The notes beneath the pieces were generated by a model. It saw only the letters and a program-made list of their open reading frames with translations, ran no database searches and had not been told where the DNA came from. Shown here in pieces: positions 19,692 through 29,355 of a stretch of 64,000 nt of DNA. The stretch comes from an uncultured Methylococcaceae bacterium. Its GTDB lineage: Bacteria > Pseudomonadota > Gammaproteobacteria > Methylococcales > Methylomonadaceae. The number at the start of each line of letters is the position of its first letter. Position 1 is the first letter of the stretch. The DNA is taken from contig CAIVQX010000173.1 of the NCBI GenBank assembly GCA_903908165.1, positions 8,528 through 72,527 of the forward strand. Reading direction: 5' to 3'. Made by a program: the position numbers and the translations under genes.

Positions 19692-20716
19692 ACGATTGCA
19701 GATGCCTCGCTTTTCGCTACAGACATAAAATTATCAAATGCGGGCAAAATCTGAGTTTGTAGAAAATCACCAAACTCAAAAAGCGGCTGATTGTTTGAAC
19801 AGACCCTAGAAATATACTGGAGCGTACGTGGTATGTCCTTTAGATAATCAGACTTAGCATCTCTTAAATGTAGCCTCGAAAAAATTCCAACAGCCTTAAG
19901 ATGTCGTTGCAGTCCCATTAAATCAAACCAATATTTAAAACAAGTGGATGTACAACTTATCAGTTGCGCTTCAATTAGTTTTTCATAATAAATTGTCACC
20001 CACTGATCTACTTGATGATCTGGCCAAGCTATATAACAATCTCTTAATAGTGATACTAAATCATAGGTAATAGGCCCAATAACTGCATCCTGAAAATCAA
20101 TAACGCCTGGAGAATTTTCAGTTAACACCATTAAATTCCTTGAATGATAATCTCGATGGACGCAGACATTGGGTTGCTCCAAAGCAGTTGTCACAAGAAG
20201 AGTACATAAAGGTTCCCACACAGAAGAAGGAATCTGAATATCTAATGCATGACCTAAAAACCATTCTGCAAAAATACCCAACTCTCGCTGCAAGAGTTGT
20301 TCATTATAGGAAGGTAAACTAGAATCTAATAAGCTCTTGGATGATTGTAACTTGAATAATACATTAAAAGCACTTAGGTAGAGTGTATTAGCCGTATTAT
20401 TTGTTAATTGATCTAAATAACAGTGTGAACCAAAATCTTCAAGTAATAAAAAACCATCAGTTAAGTTTTGTTGAAAAATAGTAGGTACATTAACGTTAGA
20501 ATTTGCAAGCAACGCAGCAACCCTAATAAATGGTTCGATATTTTCTTTTTCCGGTGGCGCGTCCATCACAATGAATTGGCCCTCTAATGCCTTGATTCTA
20601 AAGTAACGTCGAAAGCTGGCATCACTAGAGGCAGGGTCCGCAGAAACTATAGTCATTAATAGATCATTCTCAAGCCAATCAAGCATCGCTATTGTTCTTA
20701 GGTCATCATGCATCAT
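19688..20716 (-). CDS. amgK: MurNAc/GlcNAc anomeric kinase AmgK (APH-like phosphotransferase)
   Basis: DASFRRYFR, HRDYHSRNLM, IDFQDA, GLQRHLK; divergent from lptD. Confidence 0.9.
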   Translation of the reverse strand: MMHDDLRTIAMLDWLENDLLMTIVSADPASSDASFRRYFRIKALEGQFIVMDAPPEKENIEPFIRVAALLANSNVNVPTIFQQNLTDGFLLLEDFGSHCYLDQLTNNTANTLYLSAFNVLFKLQSSKSLLDSSLPSYNEQLLQRELGIFAEWFLGHALDIQIPSSVWEPLCTLLVTTALEQPNVCVHRDYHSRNLMVLTENSPGVIDFQDAVIGPITYDLVSLLRDCYIAWPDHQVDQWVTIYYEKLIEAQLISCTSTCFKYWFDLMGLQRHLKAVGIFSRLHLRDAKSDYLKDIPRTLQYISRVCSNNQPLFEFGDFLQTQILPAFDNFMSVAKSEASAIV

Positions 20717-20826
20717 GTTTTAATTTGTGTTAGATAAGTTATAAAGTTAAGCTGATTTAAGGTAAAATATATGAAAGCATTCTATGCGATTTATGATCTG
20801 ATACGCTACTAAACTTAATTCCATCT

Positions 20827-23811
20827 ATGCTTCGCCGTTTATTTCTAGTTATCTTACCCGCATTAACTGTATCGGTAAGCTTCGCGAATGAAGCAGCGTG
20901 GAATTGTGAACAAAACAAAGTAACTAAAGAATGGTTATGTATCGGCGATGCCGTTACAAAAACCAAAGCCAAAGAACCAGCTCCACTTCCTAACTCAGTC
21001 CAAGCTACCCAGCCAGCCGTAACGAAACCGACTGAGATATCTGAACCGATTCAAACAGCTAAACCTGTTATTGCTAAGCCCACTGATATTCCTGAGCCTA
21101 CTCAAACAGCTAAGCCTGTAATGACTGAGCCAGTTGAAGAAATCCAAGCTGTTATACCTAAACCGGCAAACACAACTCCTCCAACAGCAATGACGGATCC
21201 CGTTCAAAGCAATCAAGTTGACCAACCAGCTCTTATTGAAAGCGATAAAATTATTATTACCCCAAAGGTTGATAATGAAAAGCCATCACTTTCCAGTTCA
21301 CCGAATGCTGATATCAATAATCAAATAGTGCCCGGTGCAGCAAGCAATCAACCTGGCTGGAATTGTGGTGCCAACAAAGCCGATGGAACTTGGAATTGCC
21401 AACACATTGGACCTAAGCCGGAAAGCAGAACTCAAATAGCCGATATTGAAGAACCTGGAATGCGGTTATTAGACCCTCCTTTTGATCTTGAGCAGGAACA
21501 ATCTTTTAATACGCTAACTTCACAACTGCCTTATGACCCTTGGCAGAATTGCAATGCCGAGCGCGGTACAAAACAAGACTTCACCTCGCAATCTGATAAA
21601 AGAGATGTTTCACCTATGGACATCAAATCAAACTATGCGGAAGTTTATGACAGTGAAATTAGAACATTCACTGGCGATGTACAAATGTCCAGAGCCGACC
21701 AACAATCATCATCTAAATCTGCTAATTATGATAGTGTTTCTGATGTACTGGATCTTAACGGTAATGTTTTTTACCATGATGAAGGCGTAGCAATGCACAG
21801 TGAATCAGCCATGCTTAAAATAGCAGACGACCAAGCCAAACTGAGAGACGTGCAATTTATTTCTCCAACTACACCCTTGAGAGGGAAAGCACACGCGTAT
21901 TATAAAGAAAGCAAAACCTTATCGAATTACAAAGATGTCGTCTACACCAGTTGTCGACCAGGAAATCAAGACTGGATAATTCACGCTTCTGACTTAGAAA
22001 TGGATAAAGTGACTGGCAAAGGTACGGCTAAAAACACCTGGTTAGAATTTAAAGGCCTACCCGTTTTCTATTCCCCTGTACTATCTTTTCCTATTGATAA
22101 TAGAAGAATGTCCGGCTTTCTAGCACCTTCATTTGGTAGCACCAAATACAGTGGCTTCCGTGTTGCCGCACCTTACTACTGGAATATTGCGCCTAATTAT
22201 GACGCAACCTTTACGCCCCGCGAATTAAGTAAAAGAGGCCCCTTACTCGCGACTCAATTTCGCCACATGAGTGAACAATCTGCCAGTAAAGTCGGGGTTG
22301 AATATATGCCTTATGATAGCGAACTGAAAACCTCTCGATATTTGGGTTCTATAAAAAATACCACCACAATTACACCTAGCATACATTCAAATCTAGATTT
22401 GAATTATGTTTCTGATAAAACCTACTTCGCTGAATTAGGAAACGCCTTGAGTTTTTCTAACTTCAATTACCTGAAGAGCTCTGCAGATGTTACCTATAAC
22501 AACAAAGATGTTAACTTTATGACATCAATGGTGAATTATCAGTCTATCAATACAACATTAACGGATGCACAACTTCCTTATCGAACCCTTCCTAGTGTTA
22601 ATCTTAATCTGAATCATGAATTTAATACAAAAGTTCCGCTAGTTACAGATATGCAAAACGAATATGTAAATTTCCAACAAAGTAGCTTGATAAATGGTCA
22701 GCGTATAAATACCAGACCATCAATCAGCACTCCAATGGCAAACACTTATTCTTTTTTAATTCCTAAGGTTTCTTTAGCCTACACTCAGTACGATTTAACT
22801 AACATAACTTCTTCCAACCTAACTTCAGCTGGTATTTCAACTACCGCTTACTCAGGTTCCTCTGGCTCAGCTTCAAGAACCTTACCAGTTTTTTCAACCG
22901 ATAGCGGCTTGTTTTTTGAACGCAACCTTAATATTGCCAATAATGCCTATGTGCATACAGTGGAGCCAAGATTATTTTATTTATATATTCCTAACACTAA
23001 TCAAACCGACATTCCGGTTTTTGATAGTGCCCAGTATGACTTTCAATACGGCGCCATGTTCCGGGAAAACAGCTTTAGTGGTACCGATAGAATACAAAAT
23101 GCCAATCAAGTAACAACGGCGCTAACCTCCAGACTAATTGATGACAAAACAGGCTTGGAACGCTTAAAATTAAACGTTGGTGAGATCTTCTATTTTCAAA
23201 ACAGAACGGCCTGGGTGCCTGGAGAAGGTTCTACGCAAGCACTCATAGACCGTTTCAACCAACAAAGTGTCTCGAACGTGGTTACTGACTTAACTAGCGC
23301 ACTGACTAAAAACCTATCCCTTGCAACCGGAATGCAGTGGAATCCTGTCCTAAATGATTTTGAACGACTAAAAGCAGGACTACATTATCGTACTGAAGCG
23401 AATGAGATTTTTAATGCACGATATTACAATCGAAAAAACCCATTAATACCAGATGAGACCACTGACGTTAATGAAACGGATCTCTCCGCCCGTTTCCCTG
23501 TATATGACAATTGGTCTCTTATGGGTCGATGGCAATATTCGGTCTTATGGAAAAAAACACAAGACTCCTTTTTAGGCATTGAAAAGGAAAATTGTTGCTG
23601 GCGTTTTCGTGTCGCTCTCCGCCGTTACATCAACAATATTTCCAATTCGAGCAGTAGCTCTATTTCAAGCTCCACCAGTACGGTACTCTCAGGTACCCCA
23701 CAGAATGGAATATTTTTTGAGTTTGAACTCAAAGGTGTCACTTCACTTGGCGATACAATGGATGAATTCTTAAGTCGAGAACTTTATGGCTACCGAGGCC
23801 CTCAACAATGA
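20827..23811 (+). CDS. lptD: LPS-assembly outer-membrane protein LptD with long N-terminal extension
   Basis: Signal peptide, YTSCRPG, SGFLAPSFG, PYYWNIAPNYDATF, EPRLFYLYIP, ENCCW; upstream of surA. Confidence 0.95.
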   Translation: MLRRLFLVILPALTVSVSFANEAAWNCEQNKVTKEWLCIGDAVTKTKAKEPAPLPNSVQATQPAVTKPTEISEPIQTAKPVIAKPTDIPEPTQTAKPVMTEPVEEIQAVIPKPANTTPPTAMTDPVQSNQVDQPALIESDKIIITPKVDNEKPSLSSSPNADINNQIVPGAASNQPGWNCGANKADGTWNCQHIGPKPESRTQIADIEEPGMRLLDPPFDLEQEQSFNTLTSQLPYDPWQNCNAERGTKQDFTSQSDKRDVSPMDIKSNYAEVYDSEIRTFTGDVQMSRADQQSSSKSANYDSVSDVLDLNGNVFYHDEGVAMHSESAMLKIADDQAKLRDVQFISPTTPLRGKAHAYYKESKTLSNYKDVVYTSCRPGNQDWIIHASDLEMDKVTGKGTAKNTWLEFKGLPVFYSPVLSFPIDNRRMSGFLAPSFGSTKYSGFRVAAPYYWNIAPNYDATFTPRELSKRGPLLATQFRHMSEQSASKVGVEYMPYDSELKTSRYLGSIKNTTTITPSIHSNLDLNYVSDKTYFAELGNALSFSNFNYLKSSADVTYNNKDVNFMTSMVNYQSINTTLTDAQLPYRTLPSVNLNLNHEFNTKVPLVTDMQNEYVNFQQSSLINGQRINTRPSISTPMANTYSFLIPKVSLAYTQYDLTNITSSNLTSAGISTTAYSGSSGSASRTLPVFSTDSGLFFERNLNIANNAYVHTVEPRLFYLYIPNTNQTDIPVFDSAQYDFQYGAMFRENSFSGTDRIQNANQVTTALTSRLIDDKTGLERLKLNVGEIFYFQNRTAWVPGEGSTQALIDRFNQQSVSNVVTDLTSALTKNLSLATGMQWNPVLNDFERLKAGLHYRTEANEIFNARYYNRKNPLIPDETTDVNETDLSARFPVYDNWSLMGRWQYSVLWKKTQDSFLGIEKENCCWRFRVALRRYINNISNSSSSSISSSTSTVLSGTPQNGIFFEFELKGVTSLGDTMDEFLSRELYGYRGPQQ
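21025..21160 (+). repeat. 51-bp (17-aa) degenerate tandem repeat in the lptD N-terminal linker
   Basis: Units start at 21025 (KPTEISEPIQTAKPVIA), 21076 (KPTDIPEPTQTAKPVMT) and 21127 (EPVEEIQAVIP, decayed). Confidence 0.8.
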
Positions 23812-25106
23812 TTAATAAAAACACATTGAGAAAAGTTATTATTTCCTTGGCAACTTGCTTTGTATTAATGCTTAACTACCCAACTGTCGCTGAAGTACTT
23901 GGGAGAGTTGCTGCCATTGTTGAGGAAGACGTTATTCTAGAGCAAGAACTAGACAATGAATTATCAACTATTGCAGAACGAATTCGTGCCAGCAATGCCC
24001 AGATGCCTCCAGAGTCAATATTGCGTAAACAAGTTTTAGAAAAACTAATTATTGATAAGCTTCAACGACAGCTAGCAGAAAAAGCGGGTATTACGGTTAC
24101 TGAAGAAATGCTTAACAATTCTGCGGCTGATATCGCTCAAAGAAATAATATGACGCTTCAACAGTTTAGAGAAGAACTTCAACGCCAAGGCTTAACTTAC
24201 AAAAACTTTTTAGATAATATGCGTAATGAAATTATTATCAATCAGTTACGAGGCAGGGAGATTGGAGGTCGTATTAAGGTAACGGATAGAGAGGTTGATC
24301 ACTATCTGGAAACACAAGAACAGGAAAGTAATGGTACTGCCATACAATATCATTTGGGACATATACTCATTGCCGTCAGAGAGGCTGCCGCTGCTAAAGA
24401 GATCCAATCAGCCCAGAGCAAAGCTAATGAACTGGTTAAAAAGCTACGCGCAGGCCAAGACTTTACTCATACCGCAATGACTGAGTCAGGAGATGACAAC
24501 GCACTTAAAGGTGGTGATCTTGGGTGGCGATCACTGAGTGATATACCCTCCCTATTTTCTGATATAGTGGTTAAAATGCATGCCAATGAAGTTGCAGACC
24601 CTATTCGTAGCCCTAGCGGGTTTCATATTATTAAAATGCTCGAGCTAAAAGGTCTTGATAACCATACCATTACCAACACCAAAGTGCGTCATATTTTAAT
24701 AAAAACAAATGATTTAATCGATGATGAAGAGGCAAAAAAACGTTTGTTGGCTTTAAAAGCACGTATTATGGATGGTGATGATTTTGCTGCTTTGGCAAGA
24801 GCGCATTCAGACGATAAAGGCTCTGCATTAAAAGGCGGTTCACTTGACTGGGTTGGCCCCCAAGATCTGGTTAAGCCATTTGAAGACGCCATGGAAAAAT
24901 TAGAAATCAACGAACTCAGTGAACCCATACAAACACAGTTTGGCTGGCATTTAATTCAGGTGCTCGATAGAAAAACCAAGGATAATAGTGCCGAGCACAA
25001 AAAAGATGTTGTAAGGGAAGCAATTCGTAAAAGAAAAATTGAAGAAGAAACCGAACTCTGGATGCGTCGATTACGTGATGAAGCTTATGTAGAAATTTTG
25101 GAATAA
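23808..25106 (+). CDS. surA: Periplasmic chaperone/PPIase SurA
   Basis: SurA N-domain and two parvulin domains (GGDLGW, GFHIIK; GGSLDW, FGWHLIQV). Confidence 0.96.
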   Translation: MINKNTLRKVIISLATCFVLMLNYPTVAEVLGRVAAIVEEDVILEQELDNELSTIAERIRASNAQMPPESILRKQVLEKLIIDKLQRQLAEKAGITVTEEMLNNSAADIAQRNNMTLQQFREELQRQGLTYKNFLDNMRNEIIINQLRGREIGGRIKVTDREVDHYLETQEQESNGTAIQYHLGHILIAVREAAAAKEIQSAQSKANELVKKLRAGQDFTHTAMTESGDDNALKGGDLGWRSLSDIPSLFSDIVVKMHANEVADPIRSPSGFHIIKMLELKGLDNHTITNTKVRHILIKTNDLIDDEEAKKRLLALKARIMDGDDFAALARAHSDDKGSALKGGSLDWVGPQDLVKPFEDAMEKLEINELSEPIQTQFGWHLIQVLDRKTKDNSAEHKKDVVREAIRKRKIEEETELWMRRLRDEAYVEILE

Positions 25107-25159
25107 CCATAGAACCATATCCAATAATTCATATTGCTGACGGGAATTTTTATAATATT

Positions 25160-25744
25160 ATGACTGACTATTTAAGCAATCAATCAGCTCTAAACAAGCG
25201 TATAAAGCTAATTATAGAGAACGAGAACATTGATAATCACCGTTCTGTTATCAATAATATTGCTGATCAACTCGCAATTGATACGTTAACAGTCGCAGCC
25301 GCACTCCTACATTTATCCCAAAACATTGAAGACACATTAACGCCTTCATCATTAAAAAACCAAACTATTGAGCCACAAGCATTAACACATCACCGCACTT
25401 TAAATATTAAAATGGTGCGTTATCGTTTGGATGTTGGCAGTCAGCATCTTATCACCTTGGAACAACTAAAAAGAACATTGGTTGAGGAGTCAGGTGTCGA
25501 TAAAAACAATATTAATAATATTAAAATCCAAAGCTTGTATACGTTGATAGAACTTCCCGACGAAATGCCTGCTGATATATTTCAGCATTTAAAATCTGTT
25601 GAAATTAATCAAAGAAAACTCGATATAAAACGAGTAAAAACACGGAACAATAAGAGACGAGGAAATAATCACTTACGCCGAACTCGTAAACCCGATTATA
25701 ATCCCCCAAGTAATCAAGTAACTTGTAATAAAATAGCAGACTGA
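25160..25744 (+). CDS. Stand-alone DbpA-type RNA-binding domain protein (DeaD C-terminal-like, no helicase core)
   Basis: AAALLHL linker, MVRYRLDVG...LVEESGV...I.I...YTLIELP, basic Arg/Lys-rich tail; no DEAD motif. Confidence 0.7.
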   Translation: MTDYLSNQSALNKRIKLIIENENIDNHRSVINNIADQLAIDTLTVAAALLHLSQNIEDTLTPSSLKNQTIEPQALTHHRTLNIKMVRYRLDVGSQHLITLEQLKRTLVEESGVDKNNINNIKIQSLYTLIELPDEMPADIFQHLKSVEINQRKLDIKRVKTRNNKRRGNNHLRRTRKPDYNPPSNQVTCNKIAD

Positions 25745-25763
25745 TCGCGGCCAGATTTCTTAT

Positions 25764-26225
25764 ATGACAGATATAACTGCATCAAAAGCTATGCTTGGCT
25801 GGCGTGAATGGGTAAGTTTACCAGACCTTAATATTAACCAGATTAAAGCTAAAATTGACACAGGCGCCAGATCATCTGCATTACATGCTTATACTATCGA
25901 GCCCTATCGAAAAGGGGGGCAACGATGGATCATGTTCGCAATACATCCAATACAAAAAGTTTCAGACATCTCTATTGAATGTCACTCACCAATTAAAGAT
26001 AGGCGTATAGTTACAGACTCAGGCGGGCATAAACAACGCCGCTATGTAATAGAAACTCAGTTAATTTTAGGCCAAAAACTCATTACTGCTGAAATGACAC
26101 TAACTAATAGAGACACTATGCTATTTCGAATGTTGATTGGCCGCAACACACTAAAAAATCATTTTAATATTAATCCTTGCGCCTCTTATTTACAGGGTAA
26201 TAGCCATCAAATTACGCCACTATAG
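25764..26225 (+). CDS. RimK-associated retropepsin-like protease (RimB / PF05618-type)
   Basis: GWREWVSLP, AKIDTGARSSALH, DSGGH.Q.RYVI, R..MLFRMLIGR. Confidence 0.85.
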   Translation: MTDITASKAMLGWREWVSLPDLNINQIKAKIDTGARSSALHAYTIEPYRKGGQRWIMFAIHPIQKVSDISIECHSPIKDRRIVTDSGGHKQRRYVIETQLILGQKLITAEMTLTNRDTMLFRMLIGRNTLKNHFNINPCASYLQGNSHQITPL

Positions 26226-26279
26226 ATCATTAAAATTAACGCCCACAAACTCATACAAAAATAATAAAAGGAGATTGCT

Positions 26280-26606
26280 ATGTTTCTAGACAATAAATTT
26301 ACCGCTCTACAACTTTCCATCATTAATAGTCAGGCAGTACTCTATACTTGTGCCTGCCCTGTACATGTCAGTATGCAAATCACCAATTTGCGTAAACTAT
26401 TCGATTACCAAAAGACCTGCATGGATATGCCATCCCAAAGTGATGTGCAAATGCAAGTTCACCAACGAATTGCAGAAGTTACTAAGCAAGCTCATCAATT
26501 GATGGAACAATGCCTTGATGAGATTTTAGAACTAGAAAGATGGGATAAAAGTAAATTAGAAATGCCAGAAGGACTTAGGACACGTATCGAAAAGACAGAT
26601 CCATAA
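26280..26606 (+). CDS. Hypothetical helical protein with CACPVH motif
   Basis: 108-aa ORF preceded by a strong AAGGAG Shine-Dalgarno; Cys/His pattern CxCPxH...C...H...H...C. Confidence 0.7.
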   Translation: MFLDNKFTALQLSIINSQAVLYTCACPVHVSMQITNLRKLFDYQKTCMDMPSQSDVQMQVHQRIAEVTKQAHQLMEQCLDEILELERWDKSKLEMPEGLRTRIEKTDP

Positions 26607-26667
26607 ATTTAATTGTTCTATTTAAATACCCTTAAATCAGATTGTTAGTTTGATGTCATTGAAAATA

Positions 26668-29331
26668 CTAAGCACCAATCTTTTCCCTCAGTACAATTTT
26701 ACTAATCGCGGGAAGAACAATAAAAGTGCAAACCATTATCCAAAAAATACCCATGGTAATAATCAACCCCATACTTGCAATACCCTGATGAGCTGAAAAT
26801 GCCAAACCGCCAAAACTAGATGCCGTAGTTAAAGCACCATAAAACATCGCTCTAGCTGTACTGGATTGATAGATATTCTGATCTTCTGATAACGAATGAT
26901 GAAGCTTTTCAACCATGTGTATGCCGTTATCAACGCCCAACCCTAATAGCAACGGCAAAGCAATAATATTGGCGTAGTTAATCGGCGTGTTTGTCACCAC
27001 AGTACTAGCCATAGTGAATAATCCCGCCAAAACCAATGGCGTCATTACCAAAAGGGTATCAGTTATATTTCGACGTATCCCGTATAAGAGTATGGCAATA
27101 ACGACCAAAGCAATAGTAATCGCTTTTTGAAAAGAATGAACGACTTCTTTCATCGATTCCCAATAAATAATAGGTAAATCAGTTGTATCTGGCGCAACAG
27201 ATTGAACATCAGCTATAAATTTTTCCAGATTATCCAAATCATTTAAGTCTTTTTTAGGGAAAATTTGTATTCGATAACTGCCATCCTTACTAAGCCACCT
27301 ATCTTTAAAATTAGATGGCAAATCATTCAGACTAACTTCTTGTGCATTTAAACCAACCAATAGTTCATTCATGGTACTTGGAAGCGTACCCAGTAATGTG
27401 GTTTGTATTCTTTCAATAAACATGCGACGACTAGGCTGTTGTCTGCCATTTATCTCTACCAATATATCTTGTAACTCTTGCCTAAAATCTTTTAATGCCG
27501 ATATTTCGTGTGCATCTGTTTTATCAGGCAACACCGTATTAATAGTTTTTATAAGCCTATTGATAGCAGGCAAGGGATCATTATCCAACTTGAGCGCTGG
27601 GAAATACTGTATTTGAGACCCTAATAACATGGCCATTTCTTCAATAATAGCCAATTTTTCTTCCTGCTCCTCAGGTTTAAAATCAAAAAAACTAACTGTT
27701 TTATCAACTGTAGATAACTTTGAGAGTTTTTGCTGCATAGTCTTAGCTTGTTGCTCTCCCGTAGCCAAAACTGTTAATGTCATTGGCGTTGTATCTGGAT
27801 CTTTATTCAAATTCTTAAAGGCTATTACTGACTCCGTATTGGGATCGCGAAGATTGATCGGATTAAAATCAATTTTCACCCTAAAAACCAAAATGACAGA
27901 GACAATTGCAATAATAAGCGTTAACAAAGAAATTGGTTTAGCAAAATGAAGCGTTAACGTAGCCATTTTTTCTGCTAAAGTTGCCAATAAAGGATGTGTC
28001 GATTTAGGCTCAGAATTTTGAGTTAAAGGAATAAATCGTATTAACGCAGGCAACACCGTTAGGGTTACTAAAAGACAAATGAATAGACTGGTACCTGCCA
28101 ACAAGCCCAACTCAGAAACACCTTTATAATCGGTTGGGACAAATGCATAAAGCCCAATAGCAGTAGTACCTGCACACAAGATTAATGAAGGACTTGTTGA
28201 AATTAAGGTGCTATGGATTGCTCTAACCTTGTGAACATGGTGGCGTAAATTATCCTGATAACGCAAACAAAAATGTATGGCGTATTCAACACCCAAACCA
28301 ATATTAGATACTGCAAATGCGACTGAAATTAAATTAAGTTCTTTTACAGAAATCGCTGCAAAAGCACCGCAAAAAACCATCCCTAATAACAGTGAAATCA
28401 GTGTTGCCAGTGTCAGTAAAATTGATCTATAAGCGATTAATAATATAAATAAAACTAACACAAGTGAGAAAATACTGGCATTAAATGTCCCATTACTCAT
28501 ACCAACTATTTCATCGTCTTCTAAACCTACTTCTCCCGTAATCCAGACTTTAACTTCAGGTACATCAGGTTGCTGAATAATTGCTATAGCTTTACGTATT
28601 TTACTAATTGCATTTTCAGCAGGGCGAATTTGAGTGTAATCAAATTTTGGCGACACGAAAATAAACCCCTTGTCCACCATCCGATTAGTATTTAATTTCT
28701 TTTCGGTAATTAACGACTCCCAAGAAAGTAAATTATTTTCACCATTCATACTTTTGTGCAAAGCCAGCGAAACTTTATCAATCAAAGCAGGAAGATCAAT
28801 CGGAACGACCTGATCCTTATTTGCCGTGCTCAAGGCATCATCAAATATAGAGAAAAAACCCGTCAGATTTGGTTCTTGAGCAATTCGACCTATAAAAGAT
28901 TGCGCTTGCGACAAGTTATTCGATAAGTTCTGTAAGTCAGCACTATCAAGATATAGCAATCCATTTTTATGAAAAAATTCATTCTCATTAGGAATATAAA
29001 CCGATTCAAAATTAACTTTATCGGCACTTAATAATCTTCCCAAACGTTGAGTCGCCGCCTTAGTGAGTTCTGGAGTATCAGATTCAATTACTAATAAGAT
29101 CGCATGGAGATCCTGAGAAAATGACTTTTCATAATTACGTAGGTTTTTTTGAAAAGGTGCATTAGGTGCGACCATATCTGTAGTATCAGTATCAATACTT
29201 AAATGATTTACCGTATATTGACCTGCAAAAAAAGTGATTACACTGACAAACAATAAAACCAACACAGGATTATTAAGTGTCCAGTTTGCCCAGTAAGTTA
29301 ACAGGCCATAAATACTCGTTTTAAACGACAT
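26668..29331 (-). CDS. hpnN: MMPL/RND-family lipid transporter, HpnN-like (hopanoid transport)
   Basis: Two RND repeats with GLGVEYAIH and GLGVDNGIH TM motifs. ORF extends to a TTG at 29352; ATG at 29331 (MSFKTS) is the likelier start. Confidence 0.72.
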   Translation of the reverse strand: MSFKTSIYGLLTYWANWTLNNPVLVLLFVSVITFFAGQYTVNHLSIDTDTTDMVAPNAPFQKNLRNYEKSFSQDLHAILLVIESDTPELTKAATQRLGRLLSADKVNFESVYIPNENEFFHKNGLLYLDSADLQNLSNNLSQAQSFIGRIAQEPNLTGFFSIFDDALSTANKDQVVPIDLPALIDKVSLALHKSMNGENNLLSWESLITEKKLNTNRMVDKGFIFVSPKFDYTQIRPAENAISKIRKAIAIIQQPDVPEVKVWITGEVGLEDDEIVGMSNGTFNASIFSLVLVLFILLIAYRSILLTLATLISLLLGMVFCGAFAAISVKELNLISVAFAVSNIGLGVEYAIHFCLRYQDNLRHHVHKVRAIHSTLISTSPSLILCAGTTAIGLYAFVPTDYKGVSELGLLAGTSLFICLLVTLTVLPALIRFIPLTQNSEPKSTHPLLATLAEKMATLTLHFAKPISLLTLIIAIVSVILVFRVKIDFNPINLRDPNTESVIAFKNLNKDPDTTPMTLTVLATGEQQAKTMQQKLSKLSTVDKTVSFFDFKPEEQEEKLAIIEEMAMLLGSQIQYFPALKLDNDPLPAINRLIKTINTVLPDKTDAHEISALKDFRQELQDILVEINGRQQPSRRMFIERIQTTLLGTLPSTMNELLVGLNAQEVSLNDLPSNFKDRWLSKDGSYRIQIFPKKDLNDLDNLEKFIADVQSVAPDTTDLPIIYWESMKEVVHSFQKAITIALVVIAILLYGIRRNITDTLLVMTPLVLAGLFTMASTVVTNTPINYANIIALPLLLGLGVDNGIHMVEKLHHSLSEDQNIYQSSTARAMFYGALTTASSFGGLAFSAHQGIASMGLIITMGIFWIMVCTFIVLPAISKIVLREKIGA

Positions 29332-29355
29332 TATTTTGATCCAAATATACAAGGA

